A stretch of 64,000 nucleotides of DNA, taken from Psilocybe cubensis (Eukaryota). The first letter of the stretch is position 1. Every line of letters begins with the position of its first letter. A program made the position numbers and the translations under genes. Positions 1 through 10,600 of this stretch are shown here, piece after piece. Below the pieces are notes generated by a model. It was not told the origin of the DNA. It made no database searches and saw only the letters and a list, made by a program, of their open reading frames with translations. The stretch covers positions 558,001-622,000 of the forward strand of contig CM039005.1 in assembly GCA_017499595.2 (NCBI GenBank), read 5' to 3'.

Positions 1-2253
1 GGCTAGTCTAGACTAGTCGGTAACGACAGCCGGAAGCTCGCAAAACTGAGCAACCAATATGAATGTGCTGCAGAACACACATACGTGGCAGCCGTTCCCG
101 CGCCGTTTATCACTTTTTCGAGGTTTCAGGGCTTTCTGGGTACTGTATAATGTAGTATATCCCACGCCAAGCGTGTTTGTAGGTCCTTTGGCAGCGTGAA
201 GTTGAGATAATCAAAAATACATCCGGGGCATCTCAGGAGAGATTCAAACACAAAAACAAGCGTTTGCGAGGCTTTGAAATCACCGTGAAGATCGATAATG
301 ACTACCTAGATAATCTATAATGTGTATACGTCATGACGAATGCAGTAAACTAAGAGTACGGGTAACATTTCAAGCCACAGATGTTAAGCGCCCAAGCAAA
401 CAGCTTCACGCAGACTGTAAATTAGCAAAACACATCGATTCCAATGCTCTATAGACACACCTCGCATACCATACATATCTCAGAGTACACTATAAGACAT
501 ACATACACTCACATATCTCGTCAACGAACCGTCAAGTCCACAACCTCACACTCACGTACCTCCTCCGGCCCCCAATCCGCATTCCAGCCCATTTCCACTG
601 CTTCCTTTCATTTCGGGGCATCATCCCCACTAGCATAAGACTACTCGGCTGCGGCACGGAGCGTTCCGAGACCTAGAAGCAGGACAGAAATGAGTTGCAG
701 TGTAATGCGTCTCGAGGGAGGATATGTACGTGGCATGCGATTCTGCGTCGTTTGCGCGTTTTAAGCGGGTTGGGGTGCTTTTACTGGGTGATATGGGTTA
801 GGTGTGTATGGGGTAAAGCTTGAAAGTACATCAGGGAACCTACAATTGAGTTTATGCGTGTATGTGATGTCGTTGTTCAAATTCGCTTTAGGAAACGTAC
901 ATTTGCGAATTGGGCCGTTTTGAGGTATTCAGATGCTACAGTACTGTTTAAAATAGGGGTATATATTCATATTTATGCTTACCTGAGTAAGTACAAAGTG
1001 GAAATTTCAAAGATTTGCAGCGATGAACCCTTAAGCGCCGAAAGCGTTGAATCGCAAATACAACAAATAAACGCACCAAACACACGATGGTGGACCACTA
1101 ACACGCATGATACACTCACCCCTATACCATACAGCCCATTCTTCGACTCCAAAACTCCAACATCGCAAACCCAACTCACCGGACACAACACTCCTCCTCC
1201 TCGTCCGAATCTCCATTCAACCTCATTCCAACCACCTTCTTTCTCTTCACCCCTGCACGCCCACTAGCTCCAGACCCCTCGGCTATCCTAACGTAACGTA
1301 CTAACGGCGATTACTGAATTTTTTCTGCCAGTAGAAGAAGAAGCATTCTGTAGAGTCCGAGAGACGTTATACGTTGTTTTAATGCAAATTCGATGGAATA
1401 CGTACATTGGGGGGGTTGTAATGGTGCATAGGAGCCCCTGAGTAATCGAACTGAAAGTGAGTGAACGTTGGAACCAAGTCTGAACGTCGACGAAAGTTTG
1501 TGCAAGTCGGATTTCACATCAAGACAAGAAAACACAGAAACGCACAAAAGTACTATTACCATCTTCAACAAACGGACACCAGCATTGCTCTGCACCACTA
1601 ACATTGTCTTAAAGTACATTCTTCACGAAACAAAATCCTAGATATTCCACACACAAAGACAGAGCGTTGACCCGATACACACCCAAGAACCCCCTCCTCC
1701 TCCCCAAAATCGCAAAATCACCTCATCCCAATACGTTTTCCTGGCTCTTCGGCTCCGGAACGGTATTCAAATCCAAATTGCGTAAACCAACTAAAAAGCG
1801 GCGTCTCATTTGAGAAGAATTAGAATGCCTGTGTTGCAACGCGAAATCAGAACAAACCATTGGAGAGATAACGGGTATGCGTACGTACGTTTGCTGTTCC
1901 CGAGTCAATTACTAGTTTATGCAATTCGATTAATGCATGGGTGAATGTGTGTTGACGATCTACGATACGAGTTGGAATTCACTTGATGCAAGGTAGATGA
2001 TACTCGAGTCTAAAGTTCTGTGAGCCGCAAACCAAAAACGATTTGAATTTGAATCTCACATCTCGGACACCAATGTAAATTCAAAGCAACACAACAATAC
2101 CTCCAACACGAAACAGATAACAAACCCATTCGATCAATAGCACATTGCGTAAACGCACTAGCAACTATACCGATGAACCGCGAACCGAGAGAAAGACACA
2201 AAAAAAAAACATTGCAAAGACGTAACGTTATGGACGTACAGGGGCAGCAGGTG

Positions 2254-2345
2254 TATAAAAAGGACACGGACTAACGGGCTTTTTTCCTCATCCCCTCTCC
2301 TCTCCTCTTCTCACATTCTCTTCTCCCGCTCTCCGCTCAATGCCC
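2254..2345 (+). promoter_or_regulatory. TATA box followed by a CT-rich tract (fungal core-promoter-like); present in every unit
   Basis: TATAAAAAG at 2254-2262, then a ~60-nt pyrimidine tract (2280-2340). Nearly invariant even in divergent unit 7 (53091). Confidence 0.5.
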
Positions 2346-2693
2346 TTGTCAGCCCGCCCCTCTCCAACATCCTACACTCGCACTGCACTGCCAATGGACG
2401 GGAACGCACCGGTACGAGTCAACGTGCCCACGACGCCGTGAGTATTCCCCATCCCTCCCCTGAGCTGCGCCACGTCTGACCCTCCCTTCGCAGGAACACG
2501 TTTGACGACGAGTAGAGGATCTGGGAGGTAGAGGTCGGAGTCGGCGACGCGCCATAAATGCCACGCTGGCATGTCGACCGGGGCATCGAGGGCAGCGCAC
2601 GGTGAGCCTCTAACATTTGTTTTCGCATCACACTCCGCCAAACCGCCTTTCTCTGCAGGTTGCCACGCCATCGAGACGACGCGGGACTCGAAT

Positions 2694-3062
2694 GCGCGTG
2701 CTCAGCGAGCTTGAGGACGGGGTAAGTAAATGCATTATTCGACGGGTATCATTGTTGACTGACCTGGACACGCAGAACCTTGCATGTGTGTTCCCAAGAG
2801 TCGGACACGTCGTCGAAACTGTAAGTCAGTCCACACTCGTCAGCAACCGCCTGTGATTGACAACCGCTGCATCAAGACCTGCGCCTGCTCAGCGAGCTTG
2901 AGGACGGAGTAAGTAAACAAGCTATTCAACATGGAACACTGCTGACTGACCTGGACACGCAGAACGACCTTGAATCCGTGTTCCCGAGCGGCGGAAACGC
3001 TGTCGAAAGTGAGTGCATGCTTTGTTCGTCAGACCGCCCGTGATTGACCACCCAATACCAAG
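2694..3062 (+). repeat. Internal ~187-bp direct duplication (two exon-intron pairs)
   Basis: GCTCAGCGAGCTTGAGGACGGNGTAAGTAAA...GACTGACCTGGACACGCAGAAC occurs at ~2700 and ~2887. A third partial CTGACCTAGACACACAG is at ~3149. Confidence 0.9.
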
Positions 3063-3795
3063 GCCGTATCGATTGGGGGGCAGGGAACAATGAGACCTAT
3101 GCAAAAGTAAGTTGTCGTGTCGTTCACCGTGAACCAGCCTGAACTAACCTGACCTAGACACACAGAGCACCCCCAATCTATTCAAAGGCCTACATCCGTT
3201 CAACCGGTGCAGCTCGACACATGCGCTCCGCTCGTTGTGAATCGCCCCTTGACAGCCCGCCTTGCTGCGGATTCCAGTACGCGATTGGGGAATGGACTGG
3301 ACGCGGTGGTGATGTGGTGGATGTGTGAGTACGCTGAGATGTTAGTAGGGAATGACTTGGAATGACCACACACAAGTACAGGTTGTGGTGTTGCCGTGGT
3401 TTCGCATCGGCCGCATATACCGTGGAGATGTGGAGGGAGGTGCCTAGTCGGTGTCCTAAGGATGCCATTGCAGGTTAGTTGACCCGTTGTTCAACGCGAG
3501 TCATGTCAAACTTACCTGAGATGTACATTGCAGGTCTGCGCTACCCTAAAATCTGGCTCTCCAATATCCCAGGCGGCACTCCTGTTGAATGCGAGTCGGG
3601 AACGCCGCAGCAAGGTACGTGACTCGTGTTCTGAACAGTTGTGACTGGGGTATAACGCGTTGTTGATAGGGTGGTGCTGATGGAAAGGATAACAGCAGGC
3701 AAGGGCATTCGTATCGACGCGTATGTCCCATATACGGGCAATGTCGATTCATAGCGGGAGCCGCTGCCTGATTGCCTGCTCCCGTGCATTCGCCT

Positions 3796-4400
3796 TCAAA
3801 CACGCTGAGACGCAGCTCCGCCCGCGTGCTGTCCCTCCATCGGCTCCCCTCCCTCCCCCGCCTGCTCTCCCTCATTCTCCCCCAACCCCCCCTCCTCCGG
3901 ATCCAACCAACTCTCCTCAACCGTCACCTTGACCCTCCTCACATACTCCTTCATATTTTCCCTATACAACTGCGCCGCCTCCGCATTCGCCGGGCTATTC
4001 GGGTTCGGATCATGCAGCAAGCTCTGTATACTCGTCAATATCGCCGCGACGTCGTATGTGGGCGACCACCGGTTTTGCAGGATGTCGAGGCAGAGCTCGC
4101 TGTTCGCGTAGACGTTGGGGTGGAACATCCGCGAGAGGAATTTGACGGTGGGCGGTTTGTTGGGGTAGGACTCGTCGAATGTGAGGAGGAGCTTGAATGT
4201 GCCGTCTTCGAAGGGGGTGTCGCCTGTTGATAGGTGAGTGGCTGGGGGTGAGTGGGGAGAGGAAACGCACCTGGCCCGAAGATGACAGCGTTCCAGAGCA
4301 TAATATTGTCGGGGAGCGGACTGCCCGAGATCCCGCCTGGCGGGTCGGACGAGAGGCGCTTGAAGTCCCGGATGAGCCGTTTCTTGCAGTTCGTCGACAT
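3796..4400 (-). CDS. RAD6: Ubiquitin-conjugating enzyme E2 Rad6/Ubc2, copy 1 (185 aa; exons 4400-4271 and 4223-3796; S85 variant)
   Basis: Splicing out 4270-4224 (GTGCGT...CTCAC...CAG, 47 nt) joins [16 protein letters not shown]...WNAVIFGP to [10 protein letters not shown]...YPNKPP...[26 protein letters not shown]...DPNPNSPAN plus an acidic tail. The catalytic Cys falls at residue 88, as in yeast Rad6. Confidence 0.97.
4224..4270 (-). other. Spliceosomal intron of RAD6 (47 nt, phase 1); present in all 8 copies
   Basis: GTGCGT donor, CTCAC branch point and CAACAG acceptor. Its removal restores the Rad6 reading frame. Confidence 0.95.
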
Positions 4401-5703
4401 TGTTTGCTGAGTAAGATTGGGTCAAGTAATTCGGGTGGCTTTGGTTAAAGCGAGAGAGGGAGGTGTGGTCGTGTCTGAATCGCGTGCTGTTAATGAGGGC
4501 ACTGCGACTGTCGTCGTACACGTCGTCTCGTATGTGGTATGCGGTATTCTAATGATGGTATGCGATATGGATTGTAAAACCTGCAAACCCAACTTTAATT
4601 GTATCTTCCCCTACCAAACCACCCTCAAAACATACCTTTGTACGTGCGTATATGCAAGCGTAAAGTCGTCTCAGGCGGCTGGTATGAAGAAACAAGCAAG
4701 TCAGTCTAACTCAGAAGCAGTGGCAGTGGCAGGCCTCCTCATGTCACGCCCACTGACCGTGACCTGACTCCGCCGCATCTAATCTGGAAACAAACAATAG
4801 CAACAACAATCACTCTGCCGAAATGCCGCAAGTTGACTTTGTCGTTGTAAGTATTTCATTCATCCACAACGGTTGCCCTGAACGATGAGGACGCTCTTTC
4901 ACTCGCAACGGCGCTTGTTCGATTCCCCGCACCCATTGCGCTGTGTCCTGATTGCCCCCGCCGCCTGCTACAATCTTCAAAGTAGTCAACGTATCACTGT
5001 GATTTGACTTTGCCCTCGCCTACGGTCTGGTAAGCATACCACACACTGCAAAGTGCAAAGTGCGGACCACCGGACCCGACGCGCTCGTGCCTGTTTGGCC
5101 TCTACCGTGTCCGCGTCCATCAGCCCACACATGCACACACGCGCTATGCAAACATCACACCGGCACCCCTGACTCAACCCAACTCCCGCGTTCCAATGCG
5201 TTGAGATTTGCACTGTGTAGCGTATCTCGAGAACCACAGGGTATAGCACAACGACTCTCGATGTCTCAGGGATGCTTACTCTGAGCGCAACAATTCTCAA
5301 TGACAGAGACAAAGCAGGACATTTTTTGTATTTTAAGAACACACTTTTGTAAAATTCTAACCAAAAAAGGCAAAATCTATTTATAACTGAAAAAAAGAGC
5401 CTTGTCCACAATGTCCAACCCTCTTCTGGTAACAAACTTCAAGGGTTTCCCCTCCCCCGAAGGGCAGAGAAACAAAGTGACGGGGTGAGGTCCCCCGACA
5501 CATGGTGGGTTAGTAGCAGAAACAGCGGGAAGGGGCATAAAAAGTCAGTGGGGCAAGTCCATAGCCCTACCGTAAAGCTCCGAAAACATACCTAAGCAGG
5601 TTTCTAGATAAATACAAGTCTGCGAGAGATTCAGAATACAACTTACTTGGTAAAGTTTTTGTCATTCAATGGATGCAACGGCAGCAGGCGGCATCGGTGT
5701 CAA

Positions 5704-7028
5704 CTACAATCAAAGTCAGTCACAGTCTATTCAAAGTACAATTCTACAGACTTACCATTCCGAATCTCGCTCGACGGACGGAAATACATAGCGTCGAGGG
5801 TTTTTGCTTGTAAGAAATTTCTAGAGTCAAAGTTAGCAGTAGTTTAGGGAAAGTAAAATCAAGCCCACGTACCAACTATCGTGTCAAAGCACTCGTGCAG
5901 ATGCCCCATCCTGCTCGTCGGACGTCGATATATGGTCTCAAGGTAAATCTAGAGCCAAGGTCAGTAAAAATCCAATAAATGAATGCCATACATACATACC
6001 TCAACGGGCACACAGCTAACAACGCCTGCTCGGCGGACGGCGATACGTCGTGTCAAGGCAAAATCTAGGGTCACGGGTCAGTGATAATTAATGCAAACCA
6101 AGTTGAAGTACACTTACCACTTGGTGTAGATCCTCACACTCGGTCGGCGGACGTCGATACATCATGTCAAAGCAAAATCTAGGGTCACGGTCAGCTTTAA
6201 TTAATGCAAAGCATGTCGAAGTACACATACCACGGGTTTTAGATCCCCACACTCGGTCGGCGGACGTCGATACATTGTGTCAAAGCGAATCTAGGGTCAA
6301 GGTCAGTCTTTGTACATTAAATAAAACTAAAACACACATACCTATGCACCAGAGGTCCAATCCCGGTCAGCGGACGGCGATACGTCGTGTCAAAGTCTAG
6401 AGTCAGAGTCAGTCTCTGTACATTAAATAAAAGTAAACCACACATACCTGTACACCAGAGGTCCAACCCCGCTTGGCGGACGTCGATACGTCATGTCAGA
6501 GCAAATCGGGGTCACCCAGACATCCAATCCCACTCGGCGGACGTCGATACGTTGTGTCAGAGCAAATCTGAGGTCAAGGTCAGTGTGAGTACATATCATA
6601 AAAGTAATACACACATACCTGAAGACCAGAGGTCCAATCCCGCTCGCCGGACGTCGATACGTCGTGTCAGAGCAATATCTAAGGCCAGGGTTAGTCACAA
6701 CTTGTTCAACGAATGCTACAGCACACTTACCACAATAGTGAGGAGGCAGGTAACAGGCGCGCTCGGCGGACGGCGATACGTCGTGTCAGGACTAAATCTT
6801 GGGATAAAATCAGTCTCCGTTTGGTAAATAAATGATACACAACTTACCAGCTCGCCGGAACGCGATACATAGCGTCGGGCTATGTTAACAGGGCATAAAT
6901 CCTTGGATCAAAGTCAGTCTCACTTCTTCAACAAACATCACAGCACATACCAGGTCGGCGGAACACGATATATAGTGTCGAAGCAATTCCATGTCGAGAG
7001 GGGTAGCACACCACCATACTGACAGCAT
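5704..7028 (-). ncRNA. Putative spliced non-coding transcript: tandem exon-intron module array (11 introns), unit 1
   Basis: Minus-strand introns at 6950-6902, 6847-6798, 6730-6679, 6618-6568, 6447-6397, 6341-6291, 6230-6179, 6117-6065, 5999-5949, 5872-5821 and 5755-5704 (49-53 nt). Each has a GTATGT/GTAAGT/GTACGT donor, CTGAC/CTAAC/CTGAT branch point and TAG/CAG/AAG acceptor. Exons share a GACACGACGTATCGACGTCCGCCGA-like core. The first three exons close all three spliced frames. Confidence 0.6.
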
Positions 7029-7524
7029 GGGTACAAAGTAGATGGATAAAAAAAACCCAATATCAGAGTTCTCTTTATACCTTTTTCACCCCAAACTTTT
7101 TCAAAGCCCGCTCTCAGTCACGTAGCAACACTTCTTTCTAGCTTCATCATTTTTACTAGCTTCGCTTCCGAATATTTCCTCATGCCATAACTTTGCATAA
7201 TAGGAGACCTTTACATCCCTTTCTCCACTCCCTCAAACGTGGAATATCAAGCCACAGTGCACCACAAGGCACAAAACTCACTCGCCAAGTCGCAATTGGC
7301 TCAAATTCATGTCCCGTGCAGTAAAAAACCTCACTCCTATCAAGTGAAAATTGTTACGCCATTTTGTAATACCACGTACTAATCTTTGGTAAAGGTCCTC
7401 GTTTCAATTTCTACAGCACATCTAGCTCTGATTTCAATGCAGTAATAGCGTTATCTTCTCCCCAAAGTATTTTTTGGGATTACTTGCTGCAGACCGGTCA
7501 ATTCGAAAGCTATGTCATCACATT

Positions 7525-7680
7525 CAGACACTCTGCACAGGATGCGCTGACGCTGATGCTGCAGACTCTGCGCAAACGATGTGCTTACGCTAACGCTACA
7601 GAGTCTGCGCACACAATGCGCTGACGCTGACTCTGTGCACAGGATGCGCTGCCGCTGACTCTGTACACACGATGCGCTGG
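7525..7680. repeat. Degenerate minisatellite, ~5 copies of a 28-37-bp unit (GACTCTGYGCACAVGATGCGCTGACGCT)
   Basis: Repeats are visible directly. Also at about 16001-16156, 24477-24632, 32956-33111, 41432-41587, 49875-50030 and 58181-58336. Confidence 0.8.
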
Positions 7681-10600
7681 CACTTGGTATTACAACATCG
7701 GCTCGCCGGCGTTCACAAGCCCAGGAACGAGATCACAACTTCCGACGCTCTAGCCTCGTTTAACTAATCGTTAAATCTACGACAAATCGCCCACAGGATC
7801 ACGATCTACGCGTGTTCATTAGGACCCTGCCCTAATTCCCCACAGGTGCGTCATCATTCCACTCTAGGTTTAGTTTGCATCTCAGGAACACAAATTCGAC
7901 TGTAAAGTCTATTTTTCACCTCCGTTCCGAGTCGACGTCATTCACGACAACAACAGTTGGTTCGACTTTGCGAGAGATGTTGGTATTTCGGATATGTTTA
8001 CAACAGTACGTCCTTTGAGTCCTGGTTACTAATCTCACGGGTGACGGAATCATTCGAAAATTAGACACTTCCTTCAAACGCAGGTGCGTGCCAAAGCCGA
8101 CATCCCACTCTATCGATACATCTCGTCTTACTCGTAACCCACTATTTTGAAGTGTTCCGTTCCATTTGACTTTGAGACTAGCGCGTCAGATAATCGGGAG
8201 TTGCTATATTCGAGTGCGCCCGAAAACACATCTATGCAACAACGTCAAGGCCAGTACTCTGACGTACCGCATTTGTTATCTCACCTTTTGCTTGTGTAGA
8301 CGTGCTATGACCTCAACGTAGACATTCAGGAGGTGATTTACGGTGACAACTCACCTTCATTCCAACATTTCCCCAGTTCAAATTCGCATGTCAACCACGG
8401 CGCGGATACCTCCTCGTCTCCCGATTCGTCATTCTAGCGCGTTGCAACCGTCTCATATACCTCGCTTCCAAGAATAGGCTAGTCTAGACTAGTCGGTAAC
8501 GACAGCCGGAAGCTCGCAAAACTGAGCAACCAATATGAATGTGCTGCAGAACACACATACGTGGCAGCCGTTCCCGCGCCGTTTATCACTTTTTCGAGGT
8601 TTCAGGGCTTTCTGGGTACTGTATAATGTAGTATATCCCACGCCAAGCGTGTTTGTAGGTCCTTTGGCAGCGTGAAGTTGAGATAATCAAAAATACATCC
8701 GGGGCATCTCAGGAGAGATTCAAACACAAAAACAAGCGTTTGCGAGGCTTTGAAATCACCGTGAAGATCGATAATGACTACCTAGATAATCTATAATGTG
8801 TATACGTCATGACGAATGCAGTAAACTAAGAGTACGGGTAACATTTCAAGCCACAGATGTTAAGCGCCCAAGCAAACAGCTTCACGCAGACTGTAAATTA
8901 GCAAAACACATCGATTCCAATGCTCTATAGACACACCTCGCATACCATACATATCTCAGAGTACACTATAAGACATACATACACTCACATATCTCGTCAA
9001 CGAACCGTCAAGTCCACAACCTCACACTCACGTACCTCCTCCGGCCCCCAATCCGCATTCCAGCCCATTTCCACTGCTTCCTTTCATTTCGGGGCATCAT
9101 CCCCACTAGCATAAGACTACTCGGCTGCGGCACGGAGCGTTCCGAGACCTAGAAGCAGGACAGAAATGAGTTGCAGTGTAATGCGTCTCGAGGGAGGATA
9201 TGTACGTGGCATGCGATTCTGCGTCGTTTGCGCGTTTTAAGCGGGTTGGGGTGCTTTTACTGGGTGATATGGGTTAGGTGTGTATGGGGTAAAGCTTGAA
9301 AGTACATCAGGGAACCTACAATTGAGTTTATGCGTGTATGTGATGTCGTTGTTCAAATTCGCTTTAGGAAACGTACATTTGCGAATTGGGCCGTTTTGAG
9401 GTATTCAGATGCTACAGTACTGTTTAAAATAGGGGTATATATTCATATTTATGCTTACCTGAGTAAGTACAAAGTGGAAATTTCAAAGATTTGCAGCGAT
9501 GAACCCTTAAGCGCCGAAAGCGTTGAATCGCAAATACAACAAATAAACGCACCAAACACACGATGGTGGACCACTAACACGCATGATACACTCACCCCTA
9601 TACCATACAGCCCATTCTTCGACTCCAAAACTCCAACATCGCAAACCCAACTCACCGGACACAACACTCCTCCTCCTCGTCCGAATCTCCATTCAACCTC
9701 ATTCCAACCACCTTCTTTCTCTTCACCCCTGCACGCCCACTAGCTCCAGACCCCTCGGCTATCCTAACGTAACGTACTAACGGCGATTACTGAATTTTTT
9801 CTGCCAGTAGAAGAAGAAGCATTCTGTAGAGTCCGAGAGACGTTATACGTTGTTTTAATGCAAATTCGATGGAATACGTACATTGGGGGGGTTGTAATGG
9901 TGCATAGGAGCCCCTGAGTAATCGAACTGAAAGTGAGTGAACGTTGGAACCAAGTCTGAACGTCGACGAAAGTTTGTGCAAGTCGGATTTCACATCAAGA
10001 CAAGAAAACACAGAAACGCACAAAAGTACTATTACCATCTTCAACAAACGGACACCAGCATTGCTCTGCACCACTAACATTGTCTTAAAGTACATTCTTC
10101 ACGAAACAAAATCCTAGATATTCCACACACAAAGACAGAGCGTTGACCCGATACACACCCAAGAACCCCCTCCTCCTCCCCAAAATCGCAAAATCACCTC
10201 ATCCCAATACGTTTTCCTGGCTCTTCGGCTCCGGAACGGTATTCAAATCCAAATTGCGTAAACCAACTAAAAAGCGGCGTCTCATTTGAGAAGAATTAGA
10301 ATGCCTGTGTTGCAACGCGAAATCAGAACAAACCATTGGAGAGATAACGGGTATGCGTACGTACGTTTGCTGTTCCCGAGTCAATTACTAGTTTATGCAA
10401 TTCGATTAATGCATGGGTGAATGTGTGTTGACGATCTACGATACGAGTTGGAATTCACTTGATGCAAGGTAGATGATACTCGAGTCTAAAGTTCTGTGAG
10501 CCGCAAACCAAAAACGATTTGAATTTGAATCTCACATCTCGGACACCAATGTAAATTCAAAGCAACACAACAATACCTCCAACACGAAACAGATAACAAA

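Larger units (their letters stand above)
2254..3720 (+). ncRNA. Putative intron-dense spliced transcript (lncRNA, micro-peptide gene or decayed gene) convergent with RAD6, unit 1
   Basis: Plus-strand introns at 2438-2493, 2602-2658, 2722-2775, 2821-2876, 2909-2962, 3009-3062 and 3107-3165, and likely 3325-3381, 3474-3533 and 3615-3669 (54-60 nt). Donors are GTGAGT/GTGAGC/GTAAGT/GTTAGT/GTACGT and most have a CTGAC/TTGAC/CTAAC branch point. Further copies at about 10730-12196, 19206-20672, 27685-29151, 36161-37627, 44637-46103 and 61386-62852. Confidence 0.55.

Noticed and set aside
790-820. Telomere-like GGGTTAGG
   Set aside because: A single imperfect occurrence, not a tandem tract.
444-3790. 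Numerous 60-150-aa ORFs in the track (also 4417-6827)
   Set aside because: No recognisable domains. Many start at non-ATG codons, run through predicted introns or lie antisense to RAD6, and most are not preserved in the divergent unit.
3796-4521. 241-aa unspliced ORF (MYDDSRS...) as the RAD6 product
   Set aside because: Its N-terminal ~99 aa come from reading through the intron and exon 1 in the wrong frame. The true start is ATG 4400.
5900-6800. CRISPR-like repeat/spacer pattern
   Set aside because: The repeats are degenerate, the 'spacers' are related to each other and carry spliceosomal signals, there are no cas genes, and the DNA is eukaryotic.
7830-7885. CCTAAT...CACAG|GTGCGT abutting acceptor/donor (recursive or stwintron-like splicing)
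   Set aside because: A single instance with no clear upstream donor or gene context, which cannot be told from chance without RNA data.
1-8476. rDNA repeat (unit size ~8.5 kb is similar to fungal rDNA)
   Set aside because: No recognisable 18S, 5.8S, 28S or 5S sequence on either strand.
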